The notes below the pieces were generated by a model. The model saw only the letters and a program-made list of their open reading frames with translations. It did not search any database and had not been told where the DNA came from. A DNA stretch of 64,000 nucleotides from assembly GCA_964291235.2 (NCBI GenBank), contig OZ219816.1, positions 608,001 through 672,000 on the forward strand, in the 5' to 3' direction. The translations under genes and the position numbers were made by a program. This DNA is from Vicinamibacteria bacterium. GTDB taxonomy: Bacteria > Acidobacteriota > Vicinamibacteria > Marinacidobacterales > Marinacidobacteraceae. Positions 9,223-19,798 of this stretch are shown here, piece after piece. Numbering within the stretch: the first letter of the stretch is position 1; every line of letters begins with the position of its first letter.

Positions 9223-11066
9223 CGGGATTCCACCTGCAGGGTCAACTGCCGGGAACCGGTAACGGTGGCGTCGAAGTCGAGATGTCCCTCCCACAGCACC
9301 GAAGCGGGAAGTTCCCGAATGAGACCGCCCGAGGAATCCCGGGAAATCACGGATCGCACGCTGGGCGGCAGCGACGGCAGGTACTCGCCGCCGACGACCG
9401 CCGCGTTTCGCCCGGATCCGAGGAGCCGCACGTAGAGGCGGCTCTGCCGGCGGTGGCGGGCGATGGCGCGATAAATCTGTTCCACGCTGACCGGCGTGCC
9501 GCTGACGCCCTGCCGCTGGTCCGAGAGCGCCGCCGAGAGGGCGTCGGCGACGAGCAGCGTCAGGCGACTGCCCGCGGCGCTCCGGGGGATCGGCACTTCC
9601 ACCTCGCGGGTGCGTTCCGATCCGCGGAAGTCCTTCAGCGCGATCCGGAGGGTGGCGCTCTCTCCGGGCCGGACTCTCGATGAACGGAGCCAGGCGCGGC
9701 TCAGGGTAGCGGCCTGCGCCTCTTCGCTGGCCGAGATCTCCACCTCGATCTCCCGGACCGGAATCCGCTCCACCGGGTTGCCCAGGAGGAGCGCGAGCGG
9801 AGCGGCCACCAGGGCGGCGGCGCTGGTGACCACGCCGGGACCGCCGGAGGCGAAGACGTCCTCGACCGGGAGAGTGCGACCACCGTCGAGGCCGATGCGG
9901 GCGCCGAGCCGGATTGTCTGGGTTCCCGCGGGACGTTCTTCCTGGGTCAGGATGGACACCAGGCCGGAGAAGGCCAAGAGCGGACTGAACAGGTCGTGAT
10001 CCACGAGTTCCAGGTTGTACTGGCGGCGGCCGCCGCGACTGCCTTCCACCTCGATCCGCATCGGGATGGTGCGGGCGCGGGCCCCCAGCCGGCCCCTGAT
10101 GCCGGTGGCTCGATCCTGCTGCCAGACGCCGATCGGGGCCCCGGCGCTCGCCAGCTTGAACGAGTTCTGGAGCGAGGCGACGCTTGCCTCCACGCGAGCC
10201 GCCTGCATGGGAATCGAGATGCTGCCGAGGCCGGTGAACGGGTGTCCGAACGCGAACACCTCACCCGTGCCCTCGTCCACGTGGGTGACGGTTCCACTGG
10301 CCATCAGGACCATGTCTCCGCCGATGAGGGTGGCGCCCACCGGACTTCCCGGACTGAGGGCGGGCGGGTCCGGCTGCTGGCCGGCGCCCCGGCGAGCGGT
10401 CCCCGTGAGTCCGCCGTGAGCGAGCTCCATCCCCAGTTGGCGGAACAACGGCGCGAGGATCCGGTGTGCGCTGGAACTGAGGCCACTCGCGGTCACCGGG
10501 GTCCGGATGGGAAGCAACTGTTGCCCGTCCCGGTCGATACCGGGCTCGGAGACCGGCGCCGGATCGAAAGAGGGCTGCCCCGCGGGGGAAAAGCGCAGGG
10601 CGGGAGCCGCCCCGGAAGAACCGCCGCTGCTGAGGGGCATTTCGGTGAACCGGACCATCTCCTCGAACGGGGTGATGCCGCAGATGGGGTCCTTCGCGAA
10701 GGGGAACGCGTACGCCACGGCGCCCAGCAGGCGCCCGTCCACGTACACCGGGCTCCCGCTCATCCCCTGCATGACTCCGGTGTGGGCGAGCGGACCGCCG
10801 GACAGGTTGGCCAGCACGATGCTGCGGCCCGGCATGGCGCCCTCCAGCACCCCCACGATTTCCACCCCGAAGGTCTCCACCTCCTCGCCCGAAAAGGCGG
10901 TGCGGCCCTCTCCCACCATCCCCGGCCGCACTTCGTCGAGGGGCAGGATGGCGGTCTGGGCGGCGGCTTGGGATGCGACGGCGGTCCATGCGACGAGCAG
11001 ACACGCCCCGCGAAGATGGGCTTTCAAGGTGAACTCCGGGGAGGGCGGAATGCTACCGCCCGTCAT
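9219..11066 (-). CDS. SpoIVB peptidase S55 domain-containing protein
   Basis: GVMQGMSGSPVYVDGRLLGAVAY serine-protease motif, AFGHPF, signal-peptide-like N-terminus. Confidence 0.88.
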   Translation of the reverse strand: MTGGSIPPSPEFTLKAHLRGACLLVAWTAVASQAAAQTAILPLDEVRPGMVGEGRTAFSGEEVETFGVEIVGVLEGAMPGRSIVLANLSGGPLAHTGVMQGMSGSPVYVDGRLLGAVAYAFPFAKDPICGITPFEEMVRFTEMPLSSGGSSGAAPALRFSPAGQPSFDPAPVSEPGIDRDGQQLLPIRTPVTASGLSSSAHRILAPLFRQLGMELAHGGLTGTARRGAGQQPDPPALSPGSPVGATLIGGDMVLMASGTVTHVDEGTGEVFAFGHPFTGLGSISIPMQAARVEASVASLQNSFKLASAGAPIGVWQQDRATGIRGRLGARARTIPMRIEVEGSRGGRRQYNLELVDHDLFSPLLAFSGLVSILTQEERPAGTQTIRLGARIGLDGGRTLPVEDVFASGGPGVVTSAAALVAAPLALLLGNPVERIPVREIEVEISASEEAQAATLSRAWLRSSRVRPGESATLRIALKDFRGSERTREVEVPIPRSAAGSRLTLLVADALSAALSDQRQGVSGTPVSVEQIYRAIARHRRQSRLYVRLLGSGRNAAVVGGEYLPSLPPSVRSVISRDSSGGLIRELPASVLWEGHLDFDATVTGSRQLTLQVESR

Positions 11067-11142
11067 GCGCCTCTCTCCGCCAGGGGAAGTGAGAGCGCGT
11101 CCGGGAGCGGGCGCGGCGCCGGGTTTGGCTGCGAATTGGCGC

Positions 11143-11586
11143 CTATGGCGCTGGCCCGGCTACGGACAGCGGCCGCACGACCCGGTAGCAGCGATCCATC
11201 CACTCGTCGTACTGGGATTCCTGCGCCCCGGCAAGCGCGTTCTCGTATCCGCGTTCGGGATCGAGCAGGAAGCGGAACGCCCGGAAGTGATCGTCGCAGG
11301 TGTCGGCCAGGTACTGGGACTCGGCTCCGGCAAGCCGGGCCCGGACGACATCCACTCCGTCCTGAGTGTCGTCGCCGTCATTCATGGCCACCGAAACCAT
11401 GACCACCAGGACCTGCATGCACTCCTGATAGGCCACCAGCTCGACCGATTGGCGGAGCTGGTCGCGGAACTGGATGGGGATCTGCTGCGCCGCGGTTTGG
11501 GCAAGCACCGTGCACGTGGCGCGCAGCGGGAGCTCCCCGCCCGGCAGGTCCGTCGGATGTGGCGTGTCGTCTGCAGGAGACATCAT
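11143..11586 (-). CDS. Hypothetical acidic protein
   Basis: Protein-like composition (not the Arg/Pro/Gly-rich pattern of shadow ORFs); fills the gap between known genes; no family recognised. Confidence 0.55.
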   Translation of the reverse strand: MMSPADDTPHPTDLPGGELPLRATCTVLAQTAAQQIPIQFRDQLRQSVELVAYQECMQVLVVMVSVAMNDGDDTQDGVDVVRARLAGAESQYLADTCDDHFRAFRFLLDPERGYENALAGAQESQYDEWMDRCYRVVRPLSVAGPAP

Positions 11587-11756
11587 CTGGATCGTCGTAC
11601 AGCCGAGTCCGGCCGACACGAGCAGGGAAAGGGTGAGTCTCAGGATCCGACCATCCTCTCACGACGCGCACGCATTCGACGTGCCAGACCGATCCGGGGC
11701 CCATGAATCGCGACCCTGATCCCTTCCGAGTCCTACACTCTCCGGTTTGGCGCACG

Positions 11757-12812
11757 ATGTCCGACGACCGCTACTCCCGCCAGACGCTCTTTTCCGGAAT
11801 CGGCGTCGAGGGACAGGAACGATTGGGCCGCGGCCGGGTCCTGGTAGTGGGAGCCGGAGCGCTCGGCTCCGCCGCGCTCGACATGCTGGTGAGAGCCGGG
11901 GTCGGAACGGTGCGGTTCGTGGACCGTGACACCGTCGAGACTTCGAACCTGCAGCGACAGTCCCTCTACGACGAACAGGACGCCCGCGAGGGAATCCCGA
12001 AGGCCGAAGCGGCGCGCCGGCGGCTGGCGGCGGTGAACCCCGAAGTAACGCTCGAGCCGCTCGCGCTCGATCTCCACCCCGGGAACATCCGCGAAGTCAT
12101 GGGCGGAGCGGACCTGGTGCTGGACGCCACCGACAACTTCGAGACGCGCTATCTCATCAACGACGCGGCCATCGCCACCGACACTCCCTGGATCTACGCG
12201 GCGGTGGTCGGGAGCTACGGGATGACGCTCACCGTCCTTCCGGGCCGTACCGGGTGTCTGCGCTGCGTGGTCCCCGACATCCCGCCTCCGGGCGTCTCCC
12301 CGACCTGCGACACCGCGGGGGTGATCGCGCCGGCGGTGCAGGCGGTGGCGTCCTACGCGGTAACCGAGGCCCTGAAGCTCCTGGCCGGGCGGGAGGAGGC
12401 GCTTTCCAGCGGCATCTGGCATCTCGATGTGTGGGAGCGAAACGCCTACCGCATGGATGTCGGCGCTCCCGATCCCGAATGCCCCGCGTGCGGCCGGCGC
12501 GAGTTCCCGTTTCTGGACGGAGACGCCGGCGGATCGCTGCTGACCCTGTGCGGGCGCAACGCGGTCCAGGTGCGGCCGGCTGCCGCGAGCCCTCCGGCGG
12601 GAGCCGGCGATGCGGATTTTCTCGACCGGCTGGGTGGGCGGCTCGGCGCGTTGCCCGAGGTGCGCGACTCGCTGCGGGTCACCCGGCACCTGCTGCAATT
12701 CGAAGTCGGAGAGCGGCGCCTGGTGGTCTTCCCCGATGGGCGGGCGATCGTGCACGGAAGCGGCGACCCGGCGGAGGCGCGAACGCTGGTCTCCCGCTAC
12801 ATCGGAAACTGA
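11757..12812 (+). CDS. ThiF/MoeB family adenylyltransferase
   Basis: RYSRQ, GAGALG, DRDTVETSNLQRQ, DATDNFETRY, CLRC and CPAC zinc motifs, CDTAGV. Confidence 0.92.
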   Translation: MSDDRYSRQTLFSGIGVEGQERLGRGRVLVVGAGALGSAALDMLVRAGVGTVRFVDRDTVETSNLQRQSLYDEQDAREGIPKAEAARRRLAAVNPEVTLEPLALDLHPGNIREVMGGADLVLDATDNFETRYLINDAAIATDTPWIYAAVVGSYGMTLTVLPGRTGCLRCVVPDIPPPGVSPTCDTAGVIAPAVQAVASYAVTEALKLLAGREEALSSGIWHLDVWERNAYRMDVGAPDPECPACGRREFPFLDGDAGGSLLTLCGRNAVQVRPAAASPPAGAGDADFLDRLGGRLGALPEVRDSLRVTRHLLQFEVGERRLVVFPDGRAIVHGSGDPAEARTLVSRYIGN

Positions 12813-12814
12813 CG

Positions 12815-13915
12815 ATGACATCCTCGGACTCGTTGTTGCGGGCCCCCTCCGGGGCGGTCACCCACGTGGGAGACGCGGCGCGCCGCCGCCGCCGCGTGGA
12901 GGAAACCGCCGCCGGGGTGTTCCGCGGTTGGGGCTACGAGGAGATCCTCCTGCCGCTCTTCGACCACGCGGACGTGTTCGCGCGGGGCGGGGGGCGCTGG
13001 TCGGAGCGATCCAGTTACCGGTTCACCGAGGGCGGAGACCTGCTGGCGCTCCGGGCCGACTTCACCGCGCTGGCGGCGCGCGCGGCCGTGACCCGGCTGT
13101 CTCCGGAAACGGAGCGCCTCTTCTATCGCGGCGAGGTGGTGCGGCGTCCGCGCCGCGGACTTGGACCGTCCGCCTTCCGGGAGGTGGGGCTGGAGCACTT
13201 CGCCGCCGGGCCGGCGGCCGATCTCGAGATTCTGATGGTCGCGCTCGAGGTGCTGGAGCGGCTCGGGCTGCCCGGGTTCGTGTTCACGTTGGGGCACGCC
13301 GGCTACCCGTTGGGCCTCCTGGAGGAGGCGCTTTCCGGGGTTTCGGATCGGGATGAGCGGCGCGCGGAGGCGCTGCGGGGTCTCTGGCGGCGCGATCCGT
13401 CCCGGATCCGGTCCGCCCTCGGGTCAGGCGGAGCAAGGCTCGTTCAGACGCTCGAACTCTTTGGCGGGAAGGAAGTGCTGGCAATAGCGGATCGGGGCTC
13501 CCTCCCCGGGCGGGCGCGACAGGCTGCCCGCGAACTCGCCGGAACCGCCCGGGTACTCGAAGACCTGGGCCTTTCGGAGCGGTTCCGCTTTGATCTGGCC
13601 GAACTGCGCGGCTTCGACTACTACACGGGGCTCATCTTCGAGATCCATGCCCCCGGCGCCGGCCGGGAAATCGGGGGAGGGGGCCGCTACGACGACCTGC
13701 TCGCGAACTTCGGCGCCCCGCGCCCGGCGGTGGGATTTTCGCTCTCGGTGGACGGGGTCGCCGGGGTCCTGCCGCAAGCTGCGGAATCCGCCGGCGGCGC
13801 GATCGAGTCCATTGAGCGGGGAGCGGACACCGAGACCGGGCTGGCGGCCCGTTTCCGGGCGGCCCGAACCGCCCGGCGCGGCGGCGCGTCCGTCCGTTTC
13901 GAGTCTTCCTCCTGA
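12815..13915 (+). CDS. hisZ: ATP phosphoribosyltransferase regulatory subunit
   Basis: HisRS-like: WGYEEI, LALRADFT, RLFYRGEV, DYYTGLIFE, GGGRYDDL, AVGFS; directly upstream of short hisG. Confidence 0.9.
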   Translation: MTSSDSLLRAPSGAVTHVGDAARRRRRVEETAAGVFRGWGYEEILLPLFDHADVFARGGGRWSERSSYRFTEGGDLLALRADFTALAARAAVTRLSPETERLFYRGEVVRRPRRGLGPSAFREVGLEHFAAGPAADLEILMVALEVLERLGLPGFVFTLGHAGYPLGLLEEALSGVSDRDERRAEALRGLWRRDPSRIRSALGSGGARLVQTLELFGGKEVLAIADRGSLPGRARQAARELAGTARVLEDLGLSERFRFDLAELRGFDYYTGLIFEIHAPGAGREIGGGGRYDDLLANFGAPRPAVGFSLSVDGVAGVLPQAAESAGGAIESIERGADTETGLAARFRAARTARRGGASVRFESSS

Positions 13916-13987
13916 TCCCGGCTGCGGGAGGCGCCCGCGACCCGGTCCTCCGTGTGGAGGCCGCCCCCTAGAATCCCCGGCTCGCCC

Positions 13988-14611
13988 ATGGAACCTCCGC
14001 TCGTCGCCGCCCTCCCCACTGGGCGGCTGCTGCGGGCGGCGGGCGAGGTGCTGCGGCGGGCGGGAGTGCCGCTGCCCGATGGGAGTGCCGATCGCCGGCT
14101 GCGCCTTTCGGGGAACGGAATGGAGGTGCTGTTCGCGAAGGACCGCGACGTGCCCATCTACGTGGAGCACGGGGTGGCGGACCTCGGCGTGGTGGGCCGC
14201 GACATTCTCGAGGAGCAGCCGGCCCACATCTACGAACCGCTCGATCTCGGTCTCGGCCGCTGCCGGATGGTGATGGCGCGCCCGGCAGCCCGGCCCCTGC
14301 CGGAGCCGCCGCTCCGGATCGCGACCAAGTATCCGTCGGTAACGGCCCGGTATTACGGCGCCCGAGGGATTCCCGTCGAACTCATCCGGCTTTCCGGCGC
14401 CATCGAGCTGGCGCCGACCATGGATCTTGCCGATGCCGTCGTCGATCTCGTGGAAACCGGCGCCACCCTCCGCGAAAACGGCCTTCTCGAGGAGGAAACC
14501 CTTTTCGAGAGCAGTGCCCGGGTGGTGGTGAACCGCGCCGCCTTCCGCCTTCGCGGGCCCGAGCTCCAGTCGCTTCTGCGCCGCTTCGAAGCGGCAATGG
14601 CGAGCGGATGA
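13988..14611 (+). CDS. hisG: ATP phosphoribosyltransferase, short form
   Basis: ALPTGRL, DVPIYVEHGVADLGVVG, IATKYP, IELAP, DLVETGATLRENGL. Confidence 0.95.
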   Translation: MEPPLVAALPTGRLLRAAGEVLRRAGVPLPDGSADRRLRLSGNGMEVLFAKDRDVPIYVEHGVADLGVVGRDILEEQPAHIYEPLDLGLGRCRMVMARPAARPLPEPPLRIATKYPSVTARYYGARGIPVELIRLSGAIELAPTMDLADAVVDLVETGATLRENGLLEEETLFESSARVVVNRAAFRLRGPELQSLLRRFEAAMASG

Positions 14612-15969
14612 GCGGGGCGGCTCCGGAGCCCCCGGGTCCTTTCGAAGTCCCGATTTTCGAGGGGATCGATTCCTACCGCAACGATCCGAGGCTCGCCGGG
14701 ATGAGTCATGGAGCGGGCGATCCGGCCGTTCGGGAAGCCACCGCCGGCATCCTGGAACGCGTGCGGCGGGAAGGAGACGCCGCCCTCGTCGATCTGGCCC
14801 GCCGGTTCGATGCGCCTGATTTCGATGCCTCCCGGCTTCGGGTGTCGCCGGATGAGCTTGGCCGGCTGGCCGCGGGCGCCGGGTCGGAGGAACGCTCGCT
14901 GCTCGCCCGCACCCGGGACCGCATCGCCGCCTACCACGGGCGCCAGCACGAGGCGTCGTTCCGGATGGACATCGACGGCGGCTCCCGTCTCGAGTGGCGC
15001 ACGCTGCCGATCGCGGCCGCCGGTGTGTATGTGCCCGGCGGCGCCGCGGTCTATCCCTCCACCGTCCTGATGAACACCGTTCCCGCCGCGGTGGCCGGGG
15101 TTCGGCGAATCGCGCTTGCCACCCCTCCCGGCGCGCTCGAACGGAGCCCGGTGCTCGCGGCGGCGATCGAAGCGGCGGGGGTGACCGAGGTGTACCGGAT
15201 CGGCGGGGCCCAGGCCATCGCCGCCTTCGCGTTTGGAACGGCGACGGTGGGCCCGGTAAACATGGTGGTGGGACCGGGGAACGCCTACGTGGCCGAAGCC
15301 AAGCGCCAGCTCGCCGACCGGATCGGCACCGACGCCTTCGCCGGACCTTCGGAGGTGGTGGTGCTCGCCGACGGGACCGCCCGCGCCGACTGGGTCGCCG
15401 CCGATCTGCTGGCGCAGGCCGAACACGGTTCCGGAGAAGAGCGGGCCGTCCTGATCACGACGTCCCCCGAGCTTGCCGAGGCCACGGTCGCCGAGCTGGT
15501 GCGGCAGGCGCCCGGCCAGCCGAATGCGGAGACGATCGCCCGGGCGCTCGCCCGTCACGGCGCCGTGGTGGTCGTCGAAGGCATCGAGGAAGCTGTCCGG
15601 CTGGCCGAGGAACTCGCCCCCGAGCACCTGCAGGTAATGACGGCCGACCCGGAAGCGCTCGCGGACCGGTTGCCGGGGGCCGGCGCGGTACTGCTCGGCC
15701 ACCATTCGCCCGTGGCCATCGGAGACTACGGCGCGGGCCCGAACCACGTCCTGCCAACCGGTGGAACGGCCCGCTTCGCCTCTCCGCTCTCGGTGGGCGA
15801 TTTCCAGAAGCGGCAGAGTGTTCTTTCGTACCGGCGCGAAACCCTGGCAGCCCAGCGGGAGGACTTCGAGCGCTTCGCCCGCATCGAGGGGTTCGAGGCG
15901 CACGCCCGATCCATCGCGGTGCGGTTCGGCGACCGCCGCGCGCCCGAGACTCCGGCAACTCCCGATTAG
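14608..15969 (+). CDS. hisD: Histidinol dehydrogenase
   Basis: GVYVPGG, GGAQAIAA, GPGNAYV, AGPSE, DLLAQAEH, APEHL, GPNHVLPT. Confidence 0.96.
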   Translation: MSGAAPEPPGPFEVPIFEGIDSYRNDPRLAGMSHGAGDPAVREATAGILERVRREGDAALVDLARRFDAPDFDASRLRVSPDELGRLAAGAGSEERSLLARTRDRIAAYHGRQHEASFRMDIDGGSRLEWRTLPIAAAGVYVPGGAAVYPSTVLMNTVPAAVAGVRRIALATPPGALERSPVLAAAIEAAGVTEVYRIGGAQAIAAFAFGTATVGPVNMVVGPGNAYVAEAKRQLADRIGTDAFAGPSEVVVLADGTARADWVAADLLAQAEHGSGEERAVLITTSPELAEATVAELVRQAPGQPNAETIARALARHGAVVVVEGIEEAVRLAEELAPEHLQVMTADPEALADRLPGAGAVLLGHHSPVAIGDYGAGPNHVLPTGGTARFASPLSVGDFQKRQSVLSYRRETLAAQREDFERFARIEGFEAHARSIAVRFGDRRAPETPATPD

Positions 15970-15990
15970 CGTTCCGCTAGATTGCCAGCC

Positions 15991-17118
15991 ATGAAACCAG
16001 TTCCGCTGGACGCGATCCGGGCCGAGGTGTTCGAGCTCGCCCCCGACATCGGATCCCGTCCGGACGTCCCCATCTACCTCGATTGGAACGAGAGTCGCTG
16101 GCCGCTTCCCGAGGGTGTTCTCGCCGGGATGGCGGAGGCGGTCGCCGGCACGGACGCCCGGCCGTATCCCGACCGCGGGTATCCGGAGGTTCGCGAGGCG
16201 ATCGCGCGCCTCGCGGACTGGACGCCGGAAGGAGTGGCGTTCGGAAACGGCGGCGACGACATGTTGGCGTTGATCGCGCTCGCCACGACCGGTTCCGGAC
16301 GCCGCGCCCTGTACCCATCTCCGGGTTTTTCCATGTATCCGTGGGCGGTTCGGCTCGCGGGCGGGGAGCCGAGTCCGGTGTCGCTGGCGGAGGACCTCTC
16401 CTACGACGTCCCCGCGTTCCTGCGGCGGATCGAGTCCGAGCAGCCCTCGCTCATCTTCATCACGAACCCTCACAACCCGACGGGACAGCGGCTGCCGCTC
16501 GACGCGCTTCGGGAACTGGCCGAGGCGGCGCCGGGATTCTTGCTGGTGGATGAGGCCTACCACGAGTTCAGCGGGCAAAACGCCCGTCCGCTGCTGGACG
16601 AGTTCCAGAATGTGATCCTGTTGCGGACGTTTTCGAAGGCGATGGCGATGGCGGGCGCCCGGCTCGGCTATCTGCTCGGCGCCCCGGACGCGATCTTCAA
16701 CATCCGGCGGGCCCAGCCGCCGTTCCCGGTCGGTGTCTATACCTGCCGGGCGGCTTCCGCGGTCATGAGGCGGCGCGACGCCCTGCTCGAAATGACCGTC
16801 AGGATCACGGCGGAACGGGAATCGCTCGCGGGGCGGCTGGCGGCGGTGCCCGGGGTGTCGGTCTGGTCTTCGCACACGAATTTCCTCCTCTTCAGGACCC
16901 CGATGGAGAGCACCGTGCTGGCCCGCCGGCTTCTCGACCGGGGGGTGGCGCTCCGCGACTTCTCGCGTCATCCGCTCCTCCAGGGCACGCTCCGCGTCAC
17001 CGTGGGGACACCGGAGGAGAACGTGGTCTTCCTGGCAGCGCTTGCAGATTCGTTGTCCCGGCGGGTTCAGGATTCGGAACTTCAGGTTGCCGGGGAACCG
17101 GAGTCTCCCGTCGCATGA
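15991..17118 (+). CDS. hisC: Histidinol-phosphate aminotransferase
   Basis: NES, YPD, GNGGDD, NPHNPTG, DEAY, RTFSKAMAMAGARLGY PLP motif. Confidence 0.93.
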   Translation: MKPVPLDAIRAEVFELAPDIGSRPDVPIYLDWNESRWPLPEGVLAGMAEAVAGTDARPYPDRGYPEVREAIARLADWTPEGVAFGNGGDDMLALIALATTGSGRRALYPSPGFSMYPWAVRLAGGEPSPVSLAEDLSYDVPAFLRRIESEQPSLIFITNPHNPTGQRLPLDALRELAEAAPGFLLVDEAYHEFSGQNARPLLDEFQNVILLRTFSKAMAMAGARLGYLLGAPDAIFNIRRAQPPFPVGVYTCRAASAVMRRRDALLEMTVRITAERESLAGRLAAVPGVSVWSSHTNFLLFRTPMESTVLARRLLDRGVALRDFSRHPLLQGTLRVTVGTPEENVVFLAALADSLSRRVQDSELQVAGEPESPVA

Positions 17119-17738
17119 GCGGTTCCGCTCCACCGCAAGCCGGGGCGCGCCGGCGCACGGCTGCCCGGTTGCGGGAGACGCGCGAAACGCGCGTCCGGAT
17201 CGCGCTCGATCTCGACCCGGCGGTCCCGGCGGCCGAAGTCTCCACCGGTATCGGTTTTTTCGATCACATGCTGGAAGCGTTGGCCCGTCATTCCGGGATC
17301 GCGCTGACCGTAGAGGCGGCAGGCGACCTGCATGTGGACGCCCACCACACCATGGAGGATGTCGGGCTGACGCTCGGCGACTGCCTCGCCGAGGCCCTCG
17401 GCGACCTGAAGGGGGTACGCCGATTCGGGACCGCGCACGTTCCGCTCGACGAGGCGCTCTCGCGTGTCGTGGTGGATCTCTGCGGCCGGCCGTTTCTGGC
17501 CTGGCGGGTGGCCTTCTTTGCCGAGCGGGTAGGCGAGACCCCCACGGAACTCTTCGAGGACTTCTTCCGCGCCCTGACCGACCGGGGCCGGTTCACGGTC
17601 CACGTGGACGGGCTCACCGGCCGCAACAGCCACCACATCGCGGAGACGGTTTTCAAGGCCTTCGCCCGGGCCTTCGCCGACGCGAAGGAAGTCGTGGGAG
17701 GCGCGGTTCCCTCGACCAAGGGCTCGCTCTCGGTCTGA
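17115..17738 (+). CDS. hisB: Imidazoleglycerol-phosphate dehydratase
   Basis: RETRET, TGIGFFDHML, DAHHTMED, NSHHIAE, PSTKG. Confidence 0.96.
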   Translation: MSGSAPPQAGARRRTAARLRETRETRVRIALDLDPAVPAAEVSTGIGFFDHMLEALARHSGIALTVEAAGDLHVDAHHTMEDVGLTLGDCLAEALGDLKGVRRFGTAHVPLDEALSRVVVDLCGRPFLAWRVAFFAERVGETPTELFEDFFRALTDRGRFTVHVDGLTGRNSHHIAETVFKAFARAFADAKEVVGGAVPSTKGSLSV

Positions 17739-17739
17739 C

Positions 17740-18369
17740 GTGGGCCCCGAAACCGTCGTCGTGGATCACGGCGCCGGGAACCTGGCGAGCGTAGTCCGGG
17801 CGCTCGGGAGACAGGGCGCCGACGCCTCCCTCAGTTCGGATCCGCAGCGCGTCGCCGCGGCCCGGAAACTGGTTCTGCCCGGCGACGGACACTTCGGCGA
17901 GGCGATGCGGGCACTGCGCGCCCGGGGTCTGGAAGCGCCGGTGCGCCAGGCCATCGAGGCCGGGGCGTGGCTCCTCGGAATCTGCGTCGGGCTGCAGATG
18001 CTGCTCGGGGAGAGCGACGAGGCGCCGGGGATCTCGGGACTCGGTTTGCTTTCGGGGCGCGTGCGCCGTTTCGCGAGGGGGCTGCCGGTGCCGCACATCG
18101 GCTGGAATCAGCTCGAGGGAATCGACGGGAGCCCCCTGTTTCAGGGTATTCCCGAAGGCGGCTACGCCTACTTCCTGCACTCGTTCTACGCGGACCCCTC
18201 CCAGCCGCAACACCGGCTCGCGAGTACCGAGTACGGGGTCCGGTTTGCTTCGGCGGCCGGGAAGGGCAGGGTGTTCGGGATCCAGTTCCATCCGGAAAAG
18301 AGCGGCCGTCTCGGGGCAGCGGTGCTCTCGAACTTTCTGGCGCTCGGCGGGTCGCCGGCCGGCCGGTGA
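17740..18369 (+). CDS. hisH: Imidazole glycerol phosphate synthase glutamine amidotransferase subunit
   Basis: GAGNLASV, LGICVGLQ, VPHIGWN, YFLHSF, QFHPEKS. Confidence 0.96.
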   Translation: MGPETVVVDHGAGNLASVVRALGRQGADASLSSDPQRVAAARKLVLPGDGHFGEAMRALRARGLEAPVRQAIEAGAWLLGICVGLQMLLGESDEAPGISGLGLLSGRVRRFARGLPVPHIGWNQLEGIDGSPLFQGIPEGGYAYFLHSFYADPSQPQHRLASTEYGVRFASAAGKGRVFGIQFHPEKSGRLGAAVLSNFLALGGSPAGR

Positions 18370-19148
18370 TCGAAACGGGCATCGAGCCGATTCCGGCCGT
18401 CGATCTCTCCGGCGGGCGCGTGGTCCGGCTGCTGCGGGGGATTCGCGACCGGGAAACTGTGTACGGCGAAGATCCGCTCCAGGTGGCGGCGGGCTTCGCC
18501 GCCGCCGGAGCCCGGTGGCTCCACGTTGTGGATCTCGACGCCGCGTTCGGTGACGGAGGAAACCGCCACGCCGTGCGGGCCCTGCTCGCGTCGTCACCCC
18601 TCGAAGTCCAGGTGGCGGGAGGCGTCCGGACGGCGCGCTCCTACGCGGAGCTACGGGAAGCGGGGGCCGCCCGGGTGGTATTCGGAACCGTCGCCGTCGA
18701 AGCACCCGAGGTGGTGGAGGAGGCCATCGGGATGGATCCCGCGGGGGTCGTGGTCGCGCTCGACGTGCGGCGCGGCCGCCTGCAGACCCGGGGGTGGGTG
18801 GAGCCCGATCCGGGCGGGACCGGAGTCCGGGGCGCCGCACCCGAATCGGCGGCCCGCCGGTGGGGAGAGAGGGGCGCTGCCGGCCTCGTGTACACGAGCG
18901 TGGAGCGGGACGGGACGATGGAAGGGCCGGACGCGGAAGCGGCTCTACAGGTGGCCGCCGCGTCCGGACTTCCCACGGTCGTGGCCGGCGGGGTCGGGAC
19001 CCTGGCGCACCTTCAAGCGGTGGGGGCCGCCGCCCGTGAAGCCGCGTCGGGCGGCCGTCGAGGGGGCGGGTTGAGCGGAGTGATCCTCGGGCGCGCGCTC
19101 TATGAGGGGCGCTTCACCCTTGCCGAGGCCCGGCGGGCGCTTGAGTAG
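18366..19148 (+). CDS. hisA: Phosphoribosylformimino-5-aminoimidazole carboxamide ribotide isomerase
   Basis: IPAVDLSGGRVVRL, LHVVDLDAA, QVAGGVR, RDGTMEGP, GRALYEG; GTG overlaps the hisH stop. Confidence 0.94.
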   Translation: MIETGIEPIPAVDLSGGRVVRLLRGIRDRETVYGEDPLQVAAGFAAAGARWLHVVDLDAAFGDGGNRHAVRALLASSPLEVQVAGGVRTARSYAELREAGAARVVFGTVAVEAPEVVEEAIGMDPAGVVVALDVRRGRLQTRGWVEPDPGGTGVRGAAPESAARRWGERGAAGLVYTSVERDGTMEGPDAEAALQVAAASGLPTVVAGGVGTLAHLQAVGAAAREAASGGRRGGGLSGVILGRALYEGRFTLAEARRALE

Positions 19149-19157
19149 CCCGTTTCC

Positions 19158-19798
19158 TCAGCTCTCCCGGGGCGGGAACCGGCGGGTGACTTCCGCCGCC
19201 ACTTCCCGGCCGTCGATTTCGAGATTCTCGAGCAGCACGAGCAGGTGGTAGAGAAGATCCACCGACTCATTCACGACCTCGCTCTTGGAGCCGGCCGCGG
19301 CGGCCAGCGCCACCTCGACGCCTTCCTCTCCCACCTTCTGGGCGATGCGGCGGGTTCCGGCCTGCAGCAGGGCGGCGGTGTAGGAGCCTTCGGGACGGCT
19401 CGCGGCGCGCTCGCGGACAATCCGCGTGAGCTCGCCGAGCGCCGGCCCGAGTTCCGAGACGGCGGCCGCGGGCGGCGTGCTCTTTCCTCCTTCGAGGGGT
19501 TCGAAAAAGCATGACGTCTGCCCGGTATGGCACGTGGGTCCGGCGGGATCGGCATGAACCAGCAGGGCGTCACCGTCGCAGTCAATCGCCAGCGAGCGCA
19601 GATGGAGTTCGTTGCCCGAGGTCTCGCCTTTCTTCCACAGGGCCTGGCGGCTTCGCGACCAGAAATGGACCCGGCCGCTCTCGATCGTCCGCGCCAGGGC
19701 TTCGTCGTTCATCCACCCGAGCATGAGGACCCGGCCGCTGACCGCGTCCTGGACGACGGCGGGCACCAGCCCGGCCTCGTTCCACCGAATCTGCTGCT

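Noticed and set aside
14353-17133. 926-aa antisense ORF, and similar long shadow ORFs (3723-6107, 7828-9435, 27832-29580, 41562-43442)
   Set aside because: Antisense to well-supported genes, Arg/Pro/Gly-rich and without motifs; expected at this GC content.
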